From the NCBI RefSeq assembly GCF_009914755.1, contig NC_060925.1: a stretch of 64,000 nucleotides of DNA; one strand, 5' to 3'. Source of the stretch: the human T2T-CHM13v2.0 reference genome, Homo sapiens. Positions 46,919 to 58,849 of the stretch are shown here, piece after piece (within the stretch, counting starts at the first letter, position 1; each line of letters starts with the position of its first letter). Both the position numbers and the translations under genes were made by a program. The notes under the pieces were generated by a model, which had not been told where the DNA came from, did no database searches, and saw nothing but the letters and a program-made list of their open reading frames with translations.

Positions 46919-47397
46919 TTAGACTGTGGATGCCTCAAGAACCATGACTTTTGAAAAAATCCATCCTTGTACCTCAAGGACTCACTCACTAAATGCTTGT
47001 CAAATAAGTAAAAGAATGAATGAAGGGGCAATTGTCAAGAAAGATGTGTTCTTGGGAAGAATACGCTTTTGGCCAGACCCTTGGAAAATTTAGAGATGCA
47101 TGTTTAAATATCACTTAATATACTCGGTCTAGACTCTCCTTCCTGGAGGCCAAGCATGGCAAAGAGCCGATGAGAGGGTGGTAGAAAGTACAAATCTATC
47201 TATAAAAAAAAGAATGAAAATGCTCCTGACCATCCAGGATGAGATAGAATAAATCTTCCCCTGCGTTTCTAAAACTAAAGTCAATTGAACTAGAAATATT
47301 TAAATGCACTTGAGGCCCAGAAAGAGATTCATTTCCTTAATGTTTTGTGGACTTGACGTTTTCTACTTAAATCATAGCTCTAAGGTCAATATGGATT

Positions 47398-48034
47398 TGT
47401 TACCGGCAAGGGGTCCCAATCTACACCCCAAGAGAGGGTTCTTAGACCTCACGTGAGAAAGAGTTCTGGGCAAGTCTATAAAGTGAAAGCAAGTTTATTA
47501 GAGAAGGAAAGAAACAAAAGAATGGCTACTCCATAGGCAGAGCAGTGGCATGAGCTGCTCAATTGGGTATACTTGTAGTTATTTCTTGATTATATGCTAA
47601 ATAAGGAGTGGATAATTCGTGAGTTTTCTGGAAAAGGGGCAGGGATTTCCTTTGGAACTGAGGATCCCTACCCTTTTTAGACTATATGAGGTAACTTCCA
47701 GATGTTGCCATGGCATTTGTAAACTGTTATAGCGCTGGTGGGAATGTCTTTTAGCATGTTAATGCATTATAATTAGCGTCTAATGAGCAGTGAGGATGAC
47801 CACAGGTCACTTTCATCACCATCTTGGTTTTGGTGGGATTTGGTAGGTTTCTTTACTGCATCCTGCTTTATCAGCAGGGTCTTTGTGACCTGTATGTGTC
47901 TTGTGCCAACGTCCTGTCTCATCCTGGGACTAAGAATGCCTTAACCTCCTGGGAATGCCACCCAGCAGGTCTCAGTCTCATTTTACCCAGTCCCTATTCA
48001 AGATGGAGTTGCTCTGGTTCAAATGCCTCTGACA
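47398..48034 (-). mobile_element. MER41 (probably MER41B) ERV1 solo LTR
   Basis: TG...CA termini, 637 bp, 4-bp TSD GATT (47394-47397 and 48035-48038). The reverse complement starts TGTCAGAGGCATTTGAACCAGAGCAACTCCATCTTG. Confidence 0.88.
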
Positions 48035-50322
48035 GATTCATTCCTGTATTTAGCAAGAGGTTTTTTCCTTTTTTTTTTTTTGAGTACTTACTAAGAGTCT
48101 TGTATTTAATAAGACATAGTCCTTTCCCTTTCTGAGTTTATTTTCAGTTAGAAAATTCCGGGAGCAGTAAAAGAGCAATGCAAGTAAATGGGGGGCTAGT
48201 TGCTCAGAATCTGCAAATGTAAGAGTGCATGGAAGGGTTTGTATAGCCAGGGGACTGGTGCTGGATGCTGCAAATTGAATAAGAATTGGAATAAATTGGA
48301 TAGCCAGGTAGCAAAGAGCAGTGGAACAGACACTTGGCAGTCAGATTGCTTATGGCTGGCTGGTTCAGTTAGCAGTGAGGACAGGAGCCTAGGGTGGTGG
48401 GATATTTGCCTTGGGGAGCATGGGGAAATAACATTGCATAGATGGGTTTTCTGACATTAAATAGAGCTTTGGATGTTGTGGAATTTTGAACATTTCCTTT
48501 ATCTGAAAGCCGGTGAAGTGTTGTCTTAAGATGTGACAGCAGTATGTAAGCAAATTGCAGGGGATAAGAAATCAAGTCAGGGAGACCCATTAGAGGGCTG
48601 CATTCTCAGAACAAGGAGCACTGAGGAAAAAATTAAAAAACAAACAAACAAAAACAAAAAAAGAAGGTTGCTTTCGGTAGTCCAGATGTGAAGGGACAGG
48701 GTTTAGACCAGGGTGGTGGAGTGCAGAAAGAAAAGCCAGAGGGATGTGGAAGGACAAGATGGCATGACCACGAATGGTGGCAAAGGCAGCGTGGAACAAG
48801 CACATCAGCTGATGTGGAATGTATGAGAACAAAAACACTCATTTTCCCACCAGAACCCTTAGTAGGAGAAAGTGCCTTAAGCTTACAGTGAGGATTCCAA
48901 ATTGAAATTGCTCAGTAGCTGTTTCACCCTTTGTTACTGGCAGAGCAGATGGCTCTGGAAGAGACTAGGACTACTTGTTGCTTCTCTTTCCCATCTCTCA
49001 CCACTCCCCAACCTTATCCCACAGTGAGGACCACTCACTAGTGACATTTCTGCTTGAGACCTACAAAGCAAGTCTTGCTAATGAGACTTAGGCACTTTTT
49101 CCCAAAGTGCAATTCTTGGAAATCTGTGGGTTTTAAGTAGATTACAGGGCCACAGTTCCGTGGTCAAATTAGTTCAAAAAATATTGTTAGAGAATTAAGC
49201 AAGTTTCTTTACTGCAGGATGTCCCACAGTCTTTAATATGGTAATCAACATTTTGACTATCCAAGAGAGGGCGAGCTTAGAGCACTCCACAAACTTTTTG
49301 GATCATGGAGCTCTTTTTAAAAGAAGCACCTTGAGAGAAGAGGATGGCACAGCATATATTTAAAGAAATTAGGGACTAGAAAGTTTGTCTCTTGCACTAG
49401 AGGTTGGTAGTGTCATGCAAAGAAACAAGAGTTGGGATTTGGGTCCAGGCTTTGCCACTAACTGGTGATCTTGGGTAAGTCATTGAATGTCTCTGAGCCT
49501 CAGTTTCCCCAGGGGTTATGTTCATTCTAAATGAACTCTTCAGCTCCTTTCAAAAGTCTGTCTTCATATTCAAAAAGGAAACTAATCTGCAATTTCTCTA
49601 CTCTGCAATAACTCTGGTGGTGGAGGCAGTGGTAGGAAAAGAGAGAGTAGAGCGGACAGTGACAAGAAGATGAATAAGATACGGTCTGAACCCCTGCACT
49701 GATTAGACTGTTGGGCACAATTACAGTGCTGGGCTGATGTAACAAAGATAAATGAAGTTTGTAGTGTGTTCTCAAGCTTCTCTGACTCCAACCACATCAT
49801 GTGATATACAGCAACTAGTTCAGTTGCTAAGCAACACTAATTCCCAATGGTCACTTAATCCATCTAGTCTCAGTTCTGCTACTAAGAAGCTGTGAGGCCT
49901 TGGATAAATCAGTTAACCCTTTGGGTTTGGGTTTTCTTCATCTGTAAAATAAGGAAGTTGGGTTAGGTCTGGAACCATTTTTAAGTTGACCTGAGTCTTA
50001 CCTGGAAGAAGGTAAAGGAAACACAGCTATTCTCCTCTCACCCACCCTATGCAGATGAGCCCCAACATTCTGTCTTCGCTTTTCTTCTCTTCCTTCCTCC
50101 TGGATCACTTAATCTGTCTCAGACTTTAATTATTGCATTTATGTAGTTGAAGTTCAAATGTGGATCTCTAAGACCAACCCTTCTCTTGAATGCCAAAATC
50201 AAGATTTGTCTACCTGTTTTCATTCTAAGGAAACCAAATTACTTATGTTTCAAACCAAACTCACAATCTCCCCTTACAAACCAATTCCTCCTCCACGTTA
50301 AAAAAAAATAATAATAATAACA

Positions 50323-50632
50323 GACCAGGTGTGGTGGCTCACGCCTGTAATCCCAACATTTTGGGAGGCCAAGGAAGGCAGATCACTTGAGGTCAGGAGT
50401 TCGAGAACAGCCTGGCCAACATGGTGAAAGCCCATCTCTACTAAAAGTACAAAAATTAGCAGGGTGGGGTGGTGCGCACCTGTAATCTCAGCTACTCAGG
50501 AGGCTGAGGCAGGAGAATCGCTTGAACCTGGGAGGCAGAGGTTGCAGTGAACTAAGACTGCACCACTGCCCTCCAGCCTGGGCAACAGAGTGAGACTCCA
50601 TCTCAAAAATAAATACATAAATAAATAAATAA
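50323..50632 (+). mobile_element. AluS
   Basis: Full Alu with (TAAA)n tail, within L2 remnants. Confidence 0.94.
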
Positions 50633-50734
50633 CTATGTGCTCCTGGTCACATGCAGCCCAGACTCCCAGGCTTTTCGACTCCCTCCTTCTTCCCTCCTGT
50701 GCTAGTCATTGGTCAATTCTCAATCCTCTCCACA

Positions 50735-51036
50735 TTATTATTATTATTTTTTGAGACAGAGTCTTGCTCTGTTACCCTGGCTGTAGTGCAGTGGCTCGAT
50801 CTCAGCTCACTGCAGCCTAAGCCTTCCAGGTTCAAGTAATTCTCATGTCTCAGCCTCCCAAGTAGCTGAGATTACAGTGGATGTGTGCCACCATGCCCAG
50901 CTAATTTTTGTATTTTTAGTAGAGACATGTTTTCATCATGTTGGCCAAGGTGGTCTTGAACTCCTGGCCTCAAGTGATCCACCTGCCTTGGCCTCCCAAA
51001 GTGCTGGGATTACAGGCGTGAACCACCGCACCCAGC
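50735..51036 (-). mobile_element. AluS/J
   Basis: TSD CTCTCCACATTATTA. Confidence 0.94.
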
Positions 51037-52831
51037 CCCTCTCCACATTATTATATGTCCACATTATTTATTTCCCTTTCCTGATGTCATTATTGTACGT
51101 CAGGCTTTCATTGGTCATCCTGCCCCAGGTCTCTCCTCCAAAGCAACCCACATGCCAGGTTCAGCCTCACAGAGCTTCTCTGAGCCTGCCAACCCACTCT
51201 CCAAAGCCTTTCCCGGCTCTCTTGTGCTCACTCCTTGCTGGCATTTGGAGCCCTGCGTTTTCCCACCTCAATCATCTTCCAGCTTCCAGCTTTGTCTTCG
51301 ATTACCTGTGTGTTCCTGTCCTCCCGCCAACTATTTATTAATCTTCTTATCCCATAACTTGCCCATTCAAATTGTTCCCTTTTCTTAGACTTTTGTCTGC
51401 ATTCTTTCTATCTGACAAAATCCTAGTGATATTTCAAGAGTCAGCTCAAATAATGGCTCCTCACTCCAACAAATCTTTAGGGAACACTCAACTGGCTTGA
51501 TTTCTCCTTCTTTTAGCACCTTGTTCTTTCCTTTCTTACTACCTTACCAACCCAGACATATATATCTACTATATCTTGTAATATCCATTATATCTTTTTT
51601 GAGGCCAAGGAACATGTTTCCTTCATCTTTCTATCAACTATAGTACATATTACATACTAGGAACTCAGAAACGTGGTTGAACAAATTACTATTAAATTAT
51701 TAAGCTATTAAAACAATAATCTATTGAAATAATGTAATAATCTTAATCTCCTAACAAAATACTAATTAAATTTAAGTAAAATAAATAATCTACAATAATC
51801 CAAAAATGAGTCGAATCTTGGTTTACTCTTTGGTGTTTTGTCATTCTACTTTCGTGTCAAGTTTAGAAATAATTTTCTGAAGAATTTTGATTTTGATTTT
51901 AGTTATAACTTTGCGTTAGTAAGACCATCAGCCTACGGTTAAGGATATTTGTCTCACCTGTGAAATCTCACTATCTCCATGAAACCGACTGGCTTCGCTA
52001 CATCATGGGAAGGGTGTTATCTTTCCTAGTTGGAGCATCATATGATGATGTGGTTGAAAACATGCACTTTGGCATAAGACAGACTTGGTTTGGAATTCTG
52101 ACTCTGCCCTTGTTGGGGCTGCTTGGGGAATTTAGTTAGCATCTCTAAATATTAGTTTCCTCATTTGTAAATGGAGGATGTAATTGCAGGTGCTGGTTCT
52201 ACTCTTGGAAGGATTCAAAAATTGTCATGCTTACCTGAGGGGCTCCTCCAAACCTGGGCGGGGTTTTCTGTATGCCTTATGGACCTACAAATGCAAACCA
52301 CACTGACTATGTAATTTTGGGGGCAGATTGGAAAGCTGAAACAGAAGTGCAGGGACTGTTGGTGCCCATCTTCCTGGCCTGGTGGGGAGGAATGTAGGAA
52401 AGCAGACTTGTGCTTCTCATCTTGAATCAGACAGACGACAGACACTCCAGGAAATTCCTTTTGTTTGGAAAAGAAAAATGCTCTGCCATCTTCTCTTACC
52501 CCAGTTTTCTACATTCCCAGACTTCCTAAAAGAGTAGACCACTGGGGTTCCCTGAAAAGCCAGCTAAGTCCAGCACATACGATCAGCCCCACAGCTCATT
52601 TTGGTTCACAGACAATAAGGAGAGAGGACTTAACAATTACTGAGTGCTGAGTACCCACTATGTGGTAGGAACATTTTGTACATAATTACAATTATGCATC
52701 CTCATAACTTTATCACATAAGTATCATCTCTATTTTACAAGTAGACACTAAGCAACCTCCCAAGATTGTACAGCTAGTAAATCTGAGTGAGGAAGTGAAC
52801 TCAGATGGTCTACAAAACTTTTAGCATTTGT

Positions 52832-53132
52832 GGCCAGGCATGGTGGCTTACACCTCTAATCCCAGCACTTTGGGAGGCTGAGGTGGGAGGATTGCTTGAA
52901 CTCAGGAGTTAGAGATCAGCCTGGGCTACAATGGCAAAACCTTGTCTGTACAAAAAATACAAAAGTTAGCTGGGCGTGGTGGCACACACCTGCAGTCCCA
53001 GCTACTTGGGAGGCTGAGGTAGGAGGATCACTTGAACCAAGAGGTGGAGGTTGCAGTGAGCCATGATCACGCCACTGCACTCCAGCCTGTGTGACAGAAC
53101 AAGGCCCTGTCTTAAAAAACAAACAAACAAAG
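52832..53132 (+). mobile_element. AluJ
   Basis: TSD AAACTTTTAGCATTTG (near-identical copies). Confidence 0.93.
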
Positions 53133-53254
53133 AAACTTTTAGCATTTGAGACCTTCAGTGTGATCAAAGCAAATTAGCTTTGTGAGGTGGGGTTTCCTTT
53201 AGCTTCTATGTCAGCGAAATTGTGAACCAACAGGATTAACCTTTTGCCATCTTA

Positions 53255-53800
<546 letters not shown>

Positions 53801-54156
53801 TCAACTTTGTAAGACTTCAGCTGCATACCTTGTTAGGAAACTAGAAGCCGGAGGAAAGTTGTGCTGAGATGTGTAGCATTTGTTCTTGCTTTGTGTGGCC
53901 ATTTTATTCCCATTAAGTACTGTATCCTTCACTAAAGAAATGGGCCATTCAGCAGCCCGCCTGAACACTGCGGCACTGTATATTGTTATAGAGAGTTATA
54001 TCCATTCAGAGGAACACAACAGATCAGAGGAAAGGAAAGAGGTAACCATGTATGCAGACGTGGAACTGTCCCCAACATGTATAATAGACAAGCCAAGGTG
54101 AAATATATAGCATACTAATATTCAACTTTTTAAATTTAAAAAACTATGCATCTCAA

Positions 54157-54480
54157 GGCATGGTGGCTCACATCTATAATCCCAGCACTTTGTGAGGCCG
54201 AGGTGGGAGGATCGCTTGATTGCCTGAAGCCAGGAGTTGGAGACCAGCTTGGGCAACATAGCAAGACCTGGTCTCTACAAAAAATACAAAAATTAGCTGG
54301 GCATGGTGGTGTGTGCCTGTAGTCCTAGCTACTTAAAAGGCCGAGGCAAAAGGATCACTTGAGCCCGGGGGTTCAAGGCTGTAGTGAGCTATGATCACTC
54401 CACTGCACTCCAGCCTGGGCAACAAAGCAACACCCTGTCTAAAGAATACAACAGCAAACAAACAAACAAAAAACCAAAAA
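54157..54480 (+). mobile_element. AluJ
   Basis: GGATCACTTGAGCCCGGGGGTTCAAGGCTGTAGTGAGCTATGATC; (CAAA)n tail. Confidence 0.92.
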
Positions 54481-54619
54481 CCCTCAAACACTATAAATCC
54501 ATAGTTTTTATATATGTGTAAACTATTTCTAGAAAATTACTCAAGTAACTGATAATTAGTTATATCTGAAGGAGGGTGATGGTGCGGTGGTAATGAGACT
54601 CACTTTTCATCATGTGGAG

Positions 54620-55025
54620 CAGTGATTCCCAGTGTGTTCTGGGATTCTGGGGAGTCCTTGAGACCCTTTCAGGAGATCCATAGATCAAAATTATTTTAAT
54701 AATAATACTAAGTTGTTTTTATTCTCATTCTCTCACGAGTGTACGGTGGAGTTTTCCAGAGGCTCAGTGACATGTGCCATTGCAGCACATTGAATCCAGA
54801 AGCAGATACGATAATCCAACTGTGTCTGGTCAAGCCAAATATTTAAGAGATTTTAAAAAATGTAAAATGATGTCATTCTTCTCATGTTGAAGATAAAGTT
54901 ATTTTTATAACAATTTTGAAGATAAAGTTATTTTTATAACAATTATTATTCAACAAAATTACTATTATTTAATGAGTTAATACACAATAAATTTCAAATT
55001 CTCAGTTTTAATTTCTTAACTGGGC
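54620..55025. mobile_element. hAT-Charlie DNA transposon fragment
   Basis: GAGACCCTTTCAGG...ATAATAATACTAAG...GTACGGTGGAGTTTTCCAGAGGCT...GAATCCAGAAGCAGATA...AAGCCA.ATATT.AAGAGATTT. Confidence 0.6.
54887..54944 (+). repeat. Perfect 29-bp tandem duplication
   Basis: TTGAAGATAAAGTTATTTTTATAACAATT x2. Confidence 0.95.
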
Positions 55026-55206
55026 AAGTATCAGTTTAGGTATAAACAACATCCCTCCGAGATCCTCTGGGATACATCCAATTCCTTTAGTGCCTGGTGT
55101 GCTTGGAAGGTTTCTGTTGCACGGCGCTGGACAGGAGTGCCAAAGAGGAAAGAAATGTGAATGGAACCAAAGTCTATAATAAAATATTGCTTTCTCTTTT
55201 TCCCAG

Positions 55207-55370
55207 CCTCCATCAAGGGAGACCTACAAGTTGCCTGGGGTTCAGTGCTCTAGAAAGTTCCAAGGTTTGTGGCTTGAATTATTCTAAAGAAGCTGAAATA
55301 ATTGAAGAGAAGCAGAGGCCAGCTGTTTTTGAGGATCCTGCTCCACAGAGAATGCTCTGCACCCGTTGAT
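55207..55370 (+). other. DDR2: DDR2 exon 2 (non-coding 5' UTR exon, 164 nt)
   Basis: Acceptor TTTCTCTTTTTCCCAG|CC and donor GAT|GTAAGT. Recognised as the DDR2 leader (...AGAGAATGCTCTGCACCCGTTGAT) that precedes the ATG-containing exon, which lies outside the window. Confidence 0.88.
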
Positions 55371-56829
55371 GTAAGTAGGTCCAGTCACTGAGGCTCTGTT
55401 ACCACATGAGATTGGGAGTGGTGTGGCTCACATTGAATCCCCCCACTTATCCTGCCTGGTGTCACAGGGAAAGTTGAACACTTGGTTTCTGTGCCTAGAG
55501 CTGCTATCAGATGAGAAGACAATGTATTTGACTATATAGGAAATCTGTTGTGGACTGTCAATTAACTCATTTTCACTTCCGTTGATTTGGTTGTGACCAG
55601 CCCTAGATTAGAGGGCAGTTTTAGAGTGTCCTGGCCTAGAATGTCTTCCTCAGTTTTGAGTAAGCCAGGGTATCTGGCCTCTTTCTGGGACTTCTCTGCC
55701 CTTACAGGACCCACTGGAATCTGTAGGGTTCCAGCGTCAATCTGTGTTTTCTAATATTACAATTTGTTTTTATTTTTTATTTTTAACAATTATTTTATAA
55801 GTTGTTTTCTTCTGGGAATAATTTGAGGTGATTTAGAGTAAAACAATACTTAATAGAAGCACTACAACCAGAATAATAGTACAAGAGTCCTGTAATTATA
55901 TTTTGGGGGAATTAAATGTAAGAAAACCTAGCCCAGGGATACTGATTGCAGATTCATACAGCGCTTAGCTGGGACTCAAGGCAAAAAGAGAAGCATGCTA
56001 TATTGCAGAACTTTTATTAGGAAACCATTTCCACATATCAAGGTGGTCTGCTGCAGGTGAATTTTGGTCTGAATGGGACTTCTCAGTTCATCCTTTGGCA
56101 GGCTAAAATCCCACTGAGGATCTAGAACTGTAGCAATTTCTAGATTGTGTCTGAGACCTTCCCAGCCTGGAGCTCCATATCTCCTTCATGCCTGTGCCTC
56201 TAGCATCTAGCACAGGGTCTGACACATGGAGGATGCTCAGCGAGAGCCCTCAGATTCAACTTAGGCTTTACTGTATTCTGCACAGCTTCTGGAATGTGTG
56301 CTGAATGAATGAATGAGTGAGTAAATAATGTGAATGATTATTGGGATAAGGGTGGGGCTAAAGTGGTATTTTCTTACATTCCCCAGAAGATTTCTTCTCC
56401 CTGTCAAGATGCTTTTTGGATTATCTCTTCCTTTCTGTTTATTATCTAGGGAATGCCTCGCTGCTCTTTAGCTTCCTGGTGGTAATAATTCACTTCATAG
56501 TTTAATGTCTTAGGTTTCCTTCTTCCCACAGATTGCCTTCAAATTTGCCTTTTCTTCCTCCCTCCCTTTCTTCCTTCCTCCCTCCTTTCCTTCCTCTTTT
56601 CCTTCCTTATGATAGACTCTTGGTATGGGGGAGTTAAGAGGTCTTAACTTGAGCCTTCACAGTGTATATTTTAGAATGAATAATTCATTGCTATGCTTCA
56701 CCACCAACCAGAAATTATTACAGGGTTTCTCTATTACATGAGATTTTTCAAACATTATTTATCTATGATTTGTTCCGCTTTACCTTTCAGAAACTATCAC
56801 TGTGGTCTTTTCTTCCCCTGCCACTGGAG

Positions 56830-57133
56830 TTTTTTTTTTTTTTTATTTTTTTTTTTAACAGGGTTTTGCTCTGTCACCCAGGCTGGAGAGTAGCAGTGTA
56901 ATCTTGTGCAATCTTGGCTCACTGCAACCTCTGCCTCCAGGCTCAAATTATCCTCCCACCTCAGCCTCCCAAGTAGCTGGAAACACAGGCACACGCCACC
57001 ACTTTGTATTTTTTGTGGAGATGAGGGTCTCACTATGTTGTCCAGGCTGGTCTTGAACTCCTGAGCTCAAGCAATCCTACCACCGTGGCCTCCTAAAGTG
57101 CTGGGATTACAGGCGTGAGCCACCATGCCTGGG
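56830..57133 (-). mobile_element. AluJ
   Basis: CTCCTGAGCTCAAGCAATCC and other AluJ-type features. Confidence 0.92.
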
Positions 57134-57774
57134 CACCAATCTTAAACAATGATTTCCATAAATTACTATTAGAATATTCAAGGCATATGCTATATATAGC
57201 CTTGTCCTGTGAAGCCTGATTTTGGTGCACTCCTCCACCCCCACTGTCATATTATCCCTGGAACTATCTCAAACACCTTGGCTCCTCCAGGAAGAGTCCT
57301 TCTGGTCACCAATTCAGGCTCATTCTCTTTCTGGGAACGATCAGACTGAGTATTTCAATCTGTTTAGAGATTTACTAAGTTTTAGTTTCTTGTGTTTCTT
57401 ATTAATAGGGAGACCAAATAATTCAGCATCCAATCTGGAGAACTAATGAGGACAGGAGAAGTTATTAATAGGTAATCTGGAACATAAGGCATACTCTGGA
57501 TGGGTAGCCACCTGCTTTTCAAAGATCTTGCCTCTTTAATGGGTACTGAGAGCAGAAGGGTAACAACAGCCTTTGGAGATTGAACTCCTGAATTCTGTTC
57601 AGTTGTCTGGGGCTAGGGAACTCTGACACAGATATTGTAGCACTGAGTATTTCTAACAAGCTGTGGGGGGCCTGTCCCCTAGTGGATGTTAGAGTTCCCA
57701 GAGGGAGAAGTCAAGACCACTGCAGCACCGACGGCCCCGTGCTTATGAGATCCAGTGGTGGTACCCCTAGTCAG

Positions 57775-58003
57775 TCTTCCTCCACCCTCTCCTTCCTCTT
57801 TTCCCTTCTCCTCCCCTTCTTCCCTTCCCCTCCCCACTCCCCAGTCTGCTCCCTTCTCTTTTTGATCCTTATTCTCTCCCTCTCCCTTCCAACGCCCCCA
57901 CCTCGGCTCCCTCTTGTTTTGTTTTCTCTTTCCATCGCCTTCTCTTTCTCCATTTTCTTCTCTCCCTTTGCCATTCACAGTGTCTTCCTTTCCTTTTCTC
58001 TTC
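57775..58003 (+). repeat. CT-rich polypyrimidine tract
   Basis: About 230 nt strongly biased to C and T. Confidence 0.85.
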
Positions 58004-58543
58004 TAAAATGGCTCTTCCAAAATCACTGGAGGGCAGCTCAAAAGAGCAACTCTGCCAATATTAATTTCTCCTTGAAAGGGAAAAGCCTGCATTTCCAATT
58101 ATGACTTAGTCTTCATTAGTTAGAAACTGTCTTTTTTCCACAGCAAGTGGCCTAGGAATGGTGTGTTTCTCGCAAGTCTCTGGTCGGAGGTCCTGGTTTT
58201 ATGTATTCTGCTGTGCACGCTTTCTAGGGCATGAAGACAGGGCAGGCTGGGCCATTGGAGGTGGGGGTGGCAGTGAGGATGGCGGTCTGGCTGTGACAGG
58301 AACACACCTGGAAATGTCTGCTTGTCACAGAATGGATTGCAGCTGAAGTAAACAAAACTCTGTGATCATGTTGCTGCATAAACCTCGATGTCTGAAATTT
58401 GGGACGATGGCTGTGCCAGGATTATTTTAGAAAGGCAAGCTCAGGATCAGTGTTCAACTAACCAGAGAATCTACAGCTGCTGTGGATGTCCCTCCACCAG
58501 AGAGAGAGAGAGCCTAGCAGAAACTGAGGAGAGAAGCTCTTCA

Positions 58544-58849
58544 GGCCGCTCAATGGCTCACGTCCGTAGTCCCAGCACTTTGGGAGGCCGAGGAGGAAGG
58601 ATCACTTGAGCCAGGTTGGAGAGCAGCTTGGGCAACGTGGCAAGACCTTGTCTGTACAAAAAAAAAAAAAAAAAAATGCCAGGTATGATGGGGCCTGCCT
58701 GTCGTTCCAGCTACTGGGGAGGCTGAGGCTGAAGAATGGTTTGAGCCTGGGAGGTTGAGGCATGGTAAGCCCTGTTCACATCATTGCACTCCAGCCTGGG
58801 TGACAGAATGAGACCCTGTCTCAAAAAATAAATAAATAAATAAATAAAA
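58544..58849 (+). mobile_element. AluJ
   Basis: Diverged full Alu with (TAAA)n tail. Confidence 0.9.

Noticed and set aside
57679-58104. ORFs rich in L/S/F/P or G/E/R/K
   Set aside because: Artefacts of the CT-rich low-complexity tract.
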